From positions 160,001 through 224,000 of the forward strand of contig JAXHVD010000001.1 in assembly GCA_034189385.1 (NCBI GenBank): a stretch of 64,000 nucleotides of DNA, given 5' to 3'. The DNA comes from Thermodesulfobacteriota bacterium (GTDB taxonomy: Bacteria > Desulfobacterota > Desulfobacteria > Desulfobacterales > C00003060). Of this stretch, positions 10,822 to 20,326 are shown piece after piece. The translations under genes were made by a program, and so were the position numbers. The notes under the pieces are model-generated. The model saw only the letters and a list, made by a program, of their open reading frames with translations. It searched no databases and was not told where the DNA came from. Positions within the stretch are counted from its first letter, which is position 1; the number at the start of each line of letters is the position of its first letter.

Positions 10822-11038
10822 GGGGGAGCTTCATTGGACCTTGGACCTTCGGCAAGGACCCTTTGGTGGGTGGGGTAATTCGCTAGCGAAAAAGGTATAA
10901 GTGGCTTCCAAGGAAATGATGCTTCAATTCGCAGGGTGGGAGTCTTACCCTCTGGCTCCCAAAAGAGCGGAACCTGCACTCTGTGCCAACTTCCGATTCA
11001 TTATGCAGACAGTGCAGCCTTGTTCGGTCCGGCCATGA

Positions 11039-11068
11039 TTGACAATCCATTGCCGGCTGACGTATAAT
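11039..11068 (+). promoter_or_regulatory. Sigma70-type promoter for the response regulator
   Basis: TTGACA-N18-TATAAT about 90 bp upstream of ATG 11158. Confidence 0.7.
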
Positions 11069-11157
11069 TTATAAAAGTAGGGGTAAGTCTACCTGGATCG
11101 ACTCTAACGGAAACGCTTATGGGACGGCAATAACGTTTTCCATTTTCTGGGCCAGGC

Positions 11158-11814
11158 ATGAACTCATCAGGGGTTGGATATCGTGTAGTGGTAGCAGACC
11201 ACCACGTCCTGTTTCGCCAGGGCCTGAAGCATATCCTTCAAACCCTGGAGGACCTGGAAATTGTGGGAGAGGCGGGTGACGGCCTCAAGGTACTGGAGCT
11301 CGTGCGGGAATCGCTTCCAGACATGGTGATACTGGACATATCCATGCCGGGCCTTGGGGGCATCGAGGCCACCCGGAAGATAAAGGCCATCGATAGTCAC
11401 GTCAAGGTATTAATCGTCACCACGCATAAAAGTGTTGAATATTTGAATTTTGCTATTCGGGCAGGGGCAAGCGGATACCTGTTGAAAGAAGATGGTGACA
11501 CAGAGCTCTTCTCTGCCATAAAGACCATTCGGCAAGGAGGGGTCTATATATCGCCGATCCTGTCCGTGGAATTGGCGGCCATTTTGGCGGAAGGGTCCTA
11601 TAAGGGTGAGACCATTGACCCTGAACCCTTGACGTTGCGTGAGACAGAGGTCTTAAAGCATATTGCTGAAGGTGAGACGAACAGAGAGATTGCCGTTTCC
11701 CTATGCATGAGCATCCACACTGTCCAACACCACCGCGGAAATATCATGCGAAAACTGAATCTCAGGAGAATGGCCGATTTGGTCCGATACGCCATCCGCA
11801 AAGGGTACGCTTAG
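11158..11814 (+). CDS. NarL/LuxR-family response regulator
   Basis: REC domain (ILDISMPG) plus LuxR HTH (LTLRETEVL..HRGNIMRKL). Confidence 0.95.
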   Translation: MNSSGVGYRVVVADHHVLFRQGLKHILQTLEDLEIVGEAGDGLKVLELVRESLPDMVILDISMPGLGGIEATRKIKAIDSHVKVLIVTTHKSVEYLNFAIRAGASGYLLKEDGDTELFSAIKTIRQGGVYISPILSVELAAILAEGSYKGETIDPEPLTLRETEVLKHIAEGETNREIAVSLCMSIHTVQHHRGNIMRKLNLRRMADLVRYAIRKGYA

Positions 11815-12003
11815 GCCATCTAGGTTTCATAGAGGTCCTAGGTACGGGGCCGATCAATTGTCTCGGTCCACATTCCCTTGCTAACCCTGGAGCGATCCGT
11901 GATCCATGCCCTGGTTTTGCCTTTAAGTTTTCCTTGAAGATGACCGATATAGATCATAGAGGACTACAAGAAGAGTCCATTTTCCCAAGGAAAAAGGGTC
12001 GAG

Positions 12004-12267
12004 ATGATCACCATTTCCCAATACCATCCCGTGACTCCAGAGCACACCAATCAGGTCGGCATGGCCCAGCTGCAGGAGAAACAGGATGAACGAAAAAAGA
12101 TAACCATACAAGATTCCAAAGAATCGGAGAAGCTTCGGTTTGAAAAAGAGAAAGATAAGCAGGAAAAACAGAAAAAGAAACGGAAATCTCAACCAGAAGA
12201 AGCCCACGTCCCAGGCGAAGAGAATGCCCAGCCTTCTCCAAAACGACTCTTGGACGTAACCGTCTAG
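12004..12267 (+). CDS. Small charged hypothetical protein
   Basis: 87-aa Lys/Glu-rich ORF ending LLDVTV. Confidence 0.55.
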   Translation: MITISQYHPVTPEHTNQVGMAQLQEKQDERKKITIQDSKESEKLRFEKEKDKQEKQKKKRKSQPEEAHVPGEENAQPSPKRLLDVTV

Positions 12268-12492
12268 CCTTTTTTCTGACAGAAACCCACCTTCACCCAC
12301 ACACCATGGCAGAGCCTTTTGATGCGGTCCTTCAGATCGTCTCGGTCTGGGGCCTTTGACCGGCAAAGCGGCCTCCAAACCCAGAAGGGCGGACACCCCT
12401 GTGCTTCCCGAAGGGGAATGGTTATCCATCGGCAAGAGGCAATGGAAGCCATGACCTGGCCATCCAAACTGTACAATAAATAGGGGCCTCGT

Positions 12493-12526
12493 AAGAAAAA
12501 GATACAATATATTGTATCTTTTTCTT
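12493..12526. promoter_or_regulatory. Perfect 34-bp palindrome with an NrdR-box-like core
   Basis: aagaaaaagatacaata|tattgtatctttttctt upstream of the ParA-family gene. Confidence 0.6.
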
Positions 12527-12611
12527 GCAAAGGATTCATGGGTTTGATATGCCGACGGTTCATCAAAAACATGCCACCAATCCCAGGTGAGTATTAGAAA
12601 GGAGGCCGTTT

Positions 12612-13496
12612 ATGAGAATCATTGCGAGTGCAAATCAGAAAGGTGGGTGTGGTAAAACAACGACAGCCATCAACCTGTCAGCTTCGTTAGCTGCAAGAGG
12701 CCAGAAGGTGCTGCTGATCGACTTTGACCCTCAGGCCCATGCCACCATGGGGCTCAGTATAAGGCCTTCCGATCTGAAAGGAACGATCTACGATGTCATG
12801 AAGCCGGGAACGAACGGGTTTGTGGGGCTTGACGACATCATTATCCCTGTCCGCGACAACCTCCACCTTGCCCCCTCCAATGCAATGCTCAGTGCCGTTG
12901 AGCAGGAGCTTTCAGGGGTGGATGGTAGAGAGAGCAGGCTTTTGTGTGTCATCGAGTCAGTGAAGAAAGCCTTTGATTATATTATCATTGATTGTCCCCC
13001 TAGTATTGGCCACTTGTGCTTCAATGCCCTTCGGGCCTGTAACGAGGTGATCATCCCTATTGACTTAAGCCTTTTCTCTCTTCGCGGTGTTTCCAAACTC
13101 ATGGAGATCGTGATCTTGCTAAAGGAGAAGCTCGGCGATGATATAGAAACACGGGCCTTGATAACCATGTATGACCACAGGACGCGATACGCCAGACATG
13201 TTTTGGAGAAGGTGAAGGAGGAATTTGGAGAGAACGTCTTTAGCACAGTCATTCGTTACAATATTCGTCTCAGAGAGACGGTGGATTCCGGCCTGCCCAT
13301 TGGAGAGTATGACAAGCATTCCATCGGCTATAAGGACTATGAAGACTTGGCCCAAGAGGTGATGCACTCAGGGACGGCAGATGTGGATCATATCCTCGAC
13401 ACGTTGAATGCGGCGCAAAGTTTCTTGCAGAAAAGGGATGACGCTGCCGACACTGCCCAAGAAGCACCGCGGAGTCAATGGTCGGTGCCTGTATAG
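12612..13496 (+). CDS. ParA/Soj-family ATPase (orphan)
   Basis: NQKGGCGKTT deviant Walker A, DFDPQ, IDCPP. Confidence 0.93.
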   Translation: MRIIASANQKGGCGKTTTAINLSASLAARGQKVLLIDFDPQAHATMGLSIRPSDLKGTIYDVMKPGTNGFVGLDDIIIPVRDNLHLAPSNAMLSAVEQELSGVDGRESRLLCVIESVKKAFDYIIIDCPPSIGHLCFNALRACNEVIIPIDLSLFSLRGVSKLMEIVILLKEKLGDDIETRALITMYDHRTRYARHVLEKVKEEFGENVFSTVIRYNIRLRETVDSGLPIGEYDKHSIGYKDYEDLAQEVMHSGTADVDHILDTLNAAQSFLQKRDDAADTAQEAPRSQWSVPV

Positions 13497-13688
13497 GGCC
13501 TCTTCCCTTCCAGTAAAGTGCCCTGACGCCGAAGAGCGACGATTTCACAGCCCTGCCGTGGGCGCGTTTTTTTTCGTCTTCCACGACGGGTGAGAAAGGG
13601 ATCGAAAACCAAGCCCAATGCAACTTAGATCCGTGGAAATGGTTTCGGGTTGCATCCTTGTCGTATGCGCAAAGGAGATTGTGGGGAA

Positions 13689-14051
13689 ATGGCACAGAAA
13701 AGCCCTGTTCACGAGTTAGCAAGAATCTCTGACCTCTTTGTATCATCGAGTGACCAAGAAGAAATCGGCCCAACGGGCTTATACGAAGGCCAAGGGACCT
13801 GCTCGGACGAGGTGGGAGATGAATCAGAGGTGGAAGAAACTGTAACTGTTTGCAAAAGGATTGCATATTCCAACACGGAAAATGCCCAGGAGAAGATCAA
13901 GAGGTCTTTGTTCAAATACCTTGAGGAAGATTACATGATATGCCGTGTGGAGCTGAAAAAAACCAAGGAGATGTCCCTACCAGGGACCAAGAAAAGGACC
14001 CAAGAGGAGATCCTTATAGTCCTTAAGGACTCTCTCCCTCCAATAAATTGA
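13689..14051 (+). CDS. Hypothetical protein
   Basis: ORF MAQKSPVHELARISDLF... downstream of the ParA gene. Confidence 0.55.
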   Translation: MAQKSPVHELARISDLFVSSSDQEEIGPTGLYEGQGTCSDEVGDESEVEETVTVCKRIAYSNTENAQEKIKRSLFKYLEEDYMICRVELKKTKEMSLPGTKKRTQEEILIVLKDSLPPIN

Positions 14052-14270
14052 ATAGCCTGAAAATCTGTGATACAGGACTATATGGGGCAATACCTTTTGG
14101 TCTTTGTGAACCAAAACATTCGGTGCCAGTGTCTTATGAGATCTATTCTCGCCAATACTGGGTCCATGCTCTTGCCAGGAGTTCTGGCCCTTCTCATGGG
14201 AGTCTATACTTGCGGATATGCCTTTGAGAAGGACTCTCAGAAACCAACGACAAAAAGGGGGGAATTGGCA

Positions 14271-14741
14271 ATGACCATGACAATCAGCTCACCGGCATTT
14301 CCGCCAAACGGGGAGATTCCTAAGCGCTATACCTGTGATGGCGAGGATATTTCACCTGCCTTGGATTGGTCAGGCCTGCCTGAAGGGGCCAAAAGCATGG
14401 TTCTGATTGTGGATGATCCTGATGCTCCAGATCCCGCGGCACCTAAGATGACGTGGGTCCACTGGGTGCTATATAACATCCCTTCCGAGGCCTCTGGATT
14501 AGCCGAAGGCGTTCGATCCGAAGATCTTCCCAAGGCCACCAAAGAGGGACTCAACGACTGGAAACGCACCGGATACGGTGGGCCCTGTCCGCCCATAGGC
14601 CGTCATCGTTACTTCCACAAGCTCTATGCTCTAGATATTGTTCTCCCAGATCTGGGCAAGCCGAACAAGAAGGAACTCGAAAAGGCAATGGAGGGAAATA
14701 TTCTAGCAAAGGCAGAGCTTGTCGGGACATATCAGCGTTAG
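14271..14741 (+). CDS. YbhB/YbcL (PEBP/RKIP) family protein; a longer start is possible
   Basis: DDPDAP, WVHW and GYGGPCPPIGRHRY motifs. Confidence 0.93.
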   Translation: MTMTISSPAFPPNGEIPKRYTCDGEDISPALDWSGLPEGAKSMVLIVDDPDAPDPAAPKMTWVHWVLYNIPSEASGLAEGVRSEDLPKATKEGLNDWKRTGYGGPCPPIGRHRYFHKLYALDIVLPDLGKPNKKELEKAMEGNILAKAELVGTYQR

Positions 14742-15021
14742 CAACACGCTTCTCGTTTTCAGCACGATTCCACCGTCCAGCACATCACAACCTTTCACAA
14801 ACCGACCGGATATTCTCGATAAACATGTGCGTTTTCTATATGTTACCTCTTGGAAAGGTGTCCATGGTTCCGATGACCTGGGCTAATCCACAATATCTTG
14901 TGCCAATTTCTCTTTGCCTTCTGCAATCCTGAAAGGTTTTAAATTTCCCGGTTTTCGTGATATTTCAATCGAATGGAACAGGTGTTGTATCGGGTTTTTC
15001 AAATTCCATGGTAAGTAGGCG

Positions 15022-16737
15022 TTGGTCGTGAAAATCTTCTATTCTGTAATCGTTATTATCGTGCTGACCACGTTGGCCTATTGCAGCGTTCCTTCGCACG
15101 AATTCACCCGCTACGATGATGACATCAACATCTATGAGAATCCCTATTTTTACCCCATCAATCTAGACAACACGCTCCATTTTTGGAAGCATACCTATGA
15201 GCATCTTTACATCCCCGTGAGCTATACGGCGTGGGCCGCCCTGGGGAGGCTGTCTAACTTCTTCGCACGAAGTCAGGAAGGACAAGTCTTTAATCCCCAT
15301 CTCTATCACTCAGCCAACCTGGTGGTTCACCTACTCAATGCGCTCGTGGTTTTTGTGCTGCTTTTGCACCTTGTGAAAAACCATTGGGCCGCTTGTGCAG
15401 GGGCGTTGCTTTTTGCCCTTCATCCTGTTCAAGTGGAAACAGTGGCGTGGGCCTCTGGATTCCGCGACGTCCTTTCCGGTCTCTTTTCTTTGGTGGCCAT
15501 ATGGTGCTTTATTGTTTACGCAACAGGGGATCCCCGGAATGAAAAGTCGGGATGCCCGCCACGGCGCTATTATGTTTACGCCCTATGCTTCTTTCTCTGT
15601 GCCATGCTTGCCAAGCCTTCGGCCGTGGTTATTCCTCCTGTATTGTTTATCCTTGCCTACATTATCTTTACCAAGCCTGTGAAGCAAAGCATCAAGGAAG
15701 CCCTTCCTTTTTGTGTGATTGCTGTCCCCCTTGTTGTCATAACGAAGTTGTCCCAGCCCGATGCTCAGATGTCCTTTGCCCCGTCTTTTGTGCAATGGCC
15801 CCTGATTCTGGGCGATACGCTGACCTTTTATGTCTCCAAGTTGGTGTGGCCCCTGATGCTGGGTCCCGATTATGGAAGAACGCCTCTGAAGGTTCTGGAA
15901 AGCAGCTGGGTCTATGTAACAGGAACCGTTCCTTTTGCCCTGTTGGGTGTTGTTTTGTGGCGCTATCGCAGGCCCCTTGCCATGGCCGCTATCGGTATCT
16001 TTCTGATTGCTGTCCTGCCGGTTTCAGGTGTTGTTCCATTTAATTTTCAGAATATCTCCACCACGGCAGACAGGTATTTGTATGTTGCCATGTTTGGCCC
16101 ATCCCTTGCTGTGGCATGGGGGCTCTCAGTGTACAAGGGGCGGGCCCTTTTATATCTATGCTTTTGTGGGATACTGCTTCTGGGGATGCGGACCTTTTTT
16201 CAAGCAAGGTACTGGCAAAACTCAAGGTCCCTTTTTGAGCATGCTCTGGCAGTCAATCCGAACAGCTCGATCGCCCATAACAACCTCGGCCTCGAATTCT
16301 ACAAGCAACGGCGCTACGAAGAGGCCTTCAAACACTTCAAGCGGGCTGTTGCGTTGAATCCCGGCCATGATGCGGCCTATGTCAACCTTGGGGTCCTGGC
16401 CGCCATGAAGAATGATCAAGAGGCTGCGCTTGAGTACTACTCCAAAGCGCTGGAACGTAATCCCGCTCATGGAAGGGCTCACAACAACATGGCTAACGCA
16501 TATGTGAAAACAGGGCGCTACGAAGAGGCGATGAAGCACTACAAGAAGGCGCTCTCGCTGGTACCACAACTGGCCCCTGGTATTTACTTCAATATGGGAG
16601 TGCTCTACGAGCAACAGGGACAAACAGAAGAAGCCCTAGACTGTTACGATAAGGCCTTTCGCCTCAATCCCGATTTTGGCGAGGCACAGGAGAGCCGCCA
16701 GAGACTCATGCAACAGGGCGTGGGCCGGCAGCCATAA
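15022..16737 (+). CDS. Membrane GT-C/TMTC-like protein with C-terminal TPRs
   Basis: YDD, ALHPVQVETVAW and ADRYLY motifs; TPR repeats. Confidence 0.85.
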   Translation: MVVKIFYSVIVIIVLTTLAYCSVPSHEFTRYDDDINIYENPYFYPINLDNTLHFWKHTYEHLYIPVSYTAWAALGRLSNFFARSQEGQVFNPHLYHSANLVVHLLNALVVFVLLLHLVKNHWAACAGALLFALHPVQVETVAWASGFRDVLSGLFSLVAIWCFIVYATGDPRNEKSGCPPRRYYVYALCFFLCAMLAKPSAVVIPPVLFILAYIIFTKPVKQSIKEALPFCVIAVPLVVITKLSQPDAQMSFAPSFVQWPLILGDTLTFYVSKLVWPLMLGPDYGRTPLKVLESSWVYVTGTVPFALLGVVLWRYRRPLAMAAIGIFLIAVLPVSGVVPFNFQNISTTADRYLYVAMFGPSLAVAWGLSVYKGRALLYLCFCGILLLGMRTFFQARYWQNSRSLFEHALAVNPNSSIAHNNLGLEFYKQRRYEEAFKHFKRAVALNPGHDAAYVNLGVLAAMKNDQEAALEYYSKALERNPAHGRAHNNMANAYVKTGRYEEAMKHYKKALSLVPQLAPGIYFNMGVLYEQQGQTEEALDCYDKAFRLNPDFGEAQESRQRLMQQGVGRQP

Positions 16738-16773
16738 AATGAATGGGAGGGAAACAGGTCAGGGTGAGCGATG

Positions 16774-16961
16774 GCCCTGCCTTCTTACGTCAATACCCAT
16801 AAACCGCAGTACCCGGTAATCGTCTTGGAGTTAGGTATACCTGCTATCGACCTTGGTTTTGACGGCGTTACGTATAGTGCCCGATTATCCTCAATTCCTA
16901 AGACGAACCGAGATGCGAAATTGATGCTGTCTAAGTCCACTGCCGGTGAACAGAAGAGGGC
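16774..16961. repeat. Long imperfect palindrome (MITE-like or ncRNA)
   Basis: gccct..cttct / agaagagggc ends; internal tcgtcttggagtt / aattcctaagacga arms. Confidence 0.45.
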
Positions 16962-17033
16962 TTCAGATAGGCTTTTCAAATCTCTCGTCTGAAACTGGGA
17001 GATGGCTTCTGACCCTGCCATGCCAATCCTATG

Positions 17034-17570
17034 TCAGGAGTCAAGCCTGGCCTTAAAGGCCTCCAGGGCCTGGCGGAGCCGACGCCGTACGAAGGCGTGT
17101 TTGTCGGCCGTGACAAGCTTCTCATAGGCCTGAAGATCGGGATCTGTTTGGGAAAGGGTAGGGGCCTTTTCCTTGCATTCCATCTTGATTCTTTGAGCAT
17201 CATGGACCATGTCAAGGATGCTGTACGTCATACCAGAAAAGCCGGTCAGCCATTCCAACCGATGCATCATTTCAAGGCGCACCTGATCTGCTAGGAAGAG
17301 ATGGATGTCCATGACCGTCATCTGTTCTTCGTTGGGGAGGTAATAGAACTTCGGTGCCGCTCCAAGCCCAAGGATTCCCATGATCAATTCATAGAAGGCC
17401 ATGGCCGTCTCCTCGCCAGGCTGGGCCAGAAAATAGAGGGTTCTATCTGAAAGGTCGGAAAGCCTGGTCTCAGCCCCGTAGGATTCCCCAAACCTCTTGC
17501 ACCAGGGCTCAAAGCCTCTGTCTCCGGCGCTCTTGGTCCGGTAGTCTTGAAGATCAATGACTTTGGGCAT
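17034..17570 (-). CDS. Hypothetical protein
   Basis: 178-aa ORF MPKVIDLQDYR... Confidence 0.75.
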   Translation of the reverse strand: MPKVIDLQDYRTKSAGDRGFEPWCKRFGESYGAETRLSDLSDRTLYFLAQPGEETAMAFYELIMGILGLGAAPKFYYLPNEEQMTVMDIHLFLADQVRLEMMHRLEWLTGFSGMTYSILDMVHDAQRIKMECKEKAPTLSQTDPDLQAYEKLVTADKHAFVRRRLRQALEAFKARLDS

Positions 17571-17597
17571 GGGTTAATGGGTTTTCGGTGTTAAGTG

Positions 17598-17821
17598 TTA
17601 ACGGGCTGTTGCCCAAACAAGAATTCCTTTGAGCGGGCATTAAGGCGTCTTTTGCCAACAAATGTTGGCAAAGTGGAAGACTTGCGATGTCAACTGCTCG
17701 AGCCCGAAGGGCGAGTATAGCGCAAAGCTTCACTACGTGCGATATCGCCTGGAGCGAGCCCTACATTTGTCAAAAAGCGCCTTAGCCCAAGCGAAAAGGG
17801 ATTTGGGCAACAGCCCGTTAA
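17598..17821. mobile_element. MITE (non-autonomous IS derivative)
   Basis: 20-bp perfect terminal inverted repeat ttaacgggctgttgcccaaa / tttgggcaacagcccgttaa; no transposase. Confidence 0.8.
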
Positions 17822-18179
17822 GATGTTAGGTGCCTGGTTGTGGACATGGTATCTCCTAACAGATGGCCGGCCACAGGTCAACGGGAGGCCTTCAGTCGGG
17901 AGAAACAAGACGGCAGACGGGGAAGAAGGGGCCCGTAGAGAACAACCAATTCATAGGTCGGGGTTTCAAGGCCTTTTGGCACCTATACTTTGCCCTTGCA
18001 AAATTTGGGGGGTATGGTACATCTTGACATATCATAGTAACAGGTATCGGCAAACCATAAGATATTATTGGTAATAGTTCGGGCCTCTTAGGAAGATGCA
18101 CGAGGGTATTCAGGATCTTGCTGGGTACCCTTTTTTCTACAGCCCGGATGCCCCTACTAGATGGAGAGCGCTAAGGAAG

Positions 18180-18644
18180 ATGAAGAAATTTGACTTAAAG
18201 GTGGGCAACAAGTCCTACAAGGTAGATATTGAACAATTTAACGGCAAGCGCGCCGTGGTGAAGGTGGACGGAAAGCCCTACAGTGTGGACGTTGAAAAGG
18301 GTGACGAGACCGCCTTTCCACCGCCTCCTGTATCGCCTTCGCCAAGTGTGACGCCAGGAGCAGCACCAACACCCCCACAGCCCCCTGTGGCACCTGAGCC
18401 GCCCACAGCCCCTGTCGCCTCTGCCCCGTCAGGGGGCCAGGTCCCTGCCCCCATGCCCGGCATGATACTGGAGGTCATGGTCTCTGTTGGAGATACCGTT
18501 TCGGCAGGGACCCCTGTGGTGAAGATGGAAGCCATGAAAATGGAAAACGAGATTCCAGCCCCTGCGAACGGGACGGTGAAGGAGATTATGGTCAAAGTGG
18601 GCGACAGGGTCTCAACGGACGAGACCCTCTTGGTGATAGGTTAG
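18180..18644 (+). CDS. Biotin carboxyl carrier protein
   Basis: EAMKM biotinylation motif; Pro/Ala-rich linker. Confidence 0.93.
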   Translation: MKKFDLKVGNKSYKVDIEQFNGKRAVVKVDGKPYSVDVEKGDETAFPPPPVSPSPSVTPGAAPTPPQPPVAPEPPTAPVASAPSGGQVPAPMPGMILEVMVSVGDTVSAGTPVVKMEAMKMENEIPAPANGTVKEIMVKVGDRVSTDETLLVIG

Positions 18645-18679
18645 AGATAGGCCAATGTTGCCTGTGGAGAGATGAGGTC

Positions 18680-20230
18680 ATGGCAAACGAAGAGAAGATT
18701 CAAGGGTTGATTGAAAAGAGTTCCCAGGCTGAGCTGGGTGGGGGCCAAGGCCGGATCGACATCCAGCACAAGAAGGGAAAATGGACGGCCCGGGAACGGA
18801 TCCATCAGCTTCTGGACAAAGACAGCTTTGAAGAGATGGATAAGTTTGTCCTCCATCAGGCCACGGATTTTGGCATGGACAAAAAGAGGTTCCCCGGCGA
18901 CGGCGTGGTCACAGGCTACGGCCGCATTAACGGCCGGCCGGCCTATGTCTTTGCCCAGGATTTTACCATCCTGGGGGGGTCCTTGAGCCTTGCGGTGAGC
19001 GATAAGATCTGCAAGGTCATGGACCTGGCGCGCAAGAACGGCGCCCCCCTCATCGGCCTAAACGACTCAGGAGGCGCACGCATACAAGAAGGTGTCTCCA
19101 GTCTGGCGGGATATGGGAACATATTCATGCGAAATGTCCTTGGAAGCGGCCTGATTCCACAGATATCGGTCATTATGGGTCCGTGCGCCGGCGGTGCTGT
19201 CTATTCCCCGGCCCTTACCGATTTCATCTTCATGGTGGAAAACACGAGCTATATGTTCATCACGGGTCCCCAGGTCATCAAGACCGTGACCCACGAGGAG
19301 GTGACCCCTGAAAGGCTTGGAGGTGCCCTCACCCACAACACGACGAGCGGCGTTGCCCATTTTTCAGGGAAGAACGACCAGGAAGTCCTTGCTATGGTGC
19401 GTGAGCTTTTGACCTATCTGCCTCAACATTGCCGCGAAACCCCTCCTGCTGTGGAGCCTACTGATGATCCCAATCGCGTTGACATGGAGCTTCGGGACGT
19501 TGTGCCCGACATTCCGAGACACCCTTATGACATGCGCAAGATCATCCATTCAGTGGTGGACCATCACCGGTTCTTTGAGGTCCAAGTCAGTTACGCGCCC
19601 AATATCATCATCGGATTTGCCCGCCTAAACGGGATGACGGTGGGTGTTGTGGCCAACCAACCCTCTTTTTATGCAGGGTGTCTGGACATCAATGCGTCCA
19701 TAAAGGGTGCCAGATTTGTTCGATTCTGCGATTGTTTTAACATCCCACTCATTACCTTTTGTGATGTGCCGGGGTTTCTCCCGGGCACGGCTCAGGAATT
19801 CGGCGGGATTATCAAACACGGTGCCAAGCTGATCTATGCCTATTGCGAGGCCGTGGTCCCCAAGATTACGGTGATCACACGCAAGGCCTATGGCGGGGCG
19901 TACATCGTGATGTCCAGCAAGCATCTGTGGGGAGACATCAATTATGCCTACCCCTCTGCAGAGATTGCCGTCATGGGGCCTGAGGGGGCCGTGAACATTG
20001 TCTTTAAAAAGGAGATCAGCGCGGCAGAGGACCCAGCCAAGAAGGAAGCGGAGATGATAGAAGAATACCGCAGGACCTTTGCCAGCCCCTATCGCGCTGC
20101 AGAAAGGGGCTTCATTGATGAGATCATCCTGCCGGAGCAGACCCGCCCCAAATTGATCAGGGCCCTTGAATCCCTCAAGAATAAGAGGGAGCGGATGCCC
20201 GAGAAGAAACATGACAATTTGCCGCTCTAG
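18680..20230 (+). CDS. Methylmalonyl-/propionyl-CoA carboxyltransferase subunit
   Basis: [37 protein letters not shown]. Confidence 0.93.
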   Translation: MANEEKIQGLIEKSSQAELGGGQGRIDIQHKKGKWTARERIHQLLDKDSFEEMDKFVLHQATDFGMDKKRFPGDGVVTGYGRINGRPAYVFAQDFTILGGSLSLAVSDKICKVMDLARKNGAPLIGLNDSGGARIQEGVSSLAGYGNIFMRNVLGSGLIPQISVIMGPCAGGAVYSPALTDFIFMVENTSYMFITGPQVIKTVTHEEVTPERLGGALTHNTTSGVAHFSGKNDQEVLAMVRELLTYLPQHCRETPPAVEPTDDPNRVDMELRDVVPDIPRHPYDMRKIIHSVVDHHRFFEVQVSYAPNIIIGFARLNGMTVGVVANQPSFYAGCLDINASIKGARFVRFCDCFNIPLITFCDVPGFLPGTAQEFGGIIKHGAKLIYAYCEAVVPKITVITRKAYGGAYIVMSSKHLWGDINYAYPSAEIAVMGPEGAVNIVFKKEISAAEDPAKKEAEMIEEYRRTFASPYRAAERGFIDEIILPEQTRPKLIRALESLKNKRERMPEKKHDNLPL

Positions 20231-20326
20231 GTTAATGAAATGGCAAGAGATTCCTTTTGCGGGTCTGTCATAAGTCAACAGCAATTTCCTTTGGACTTTG
20301 AACCTTGACCTCTCAGCTCAGGAGAG

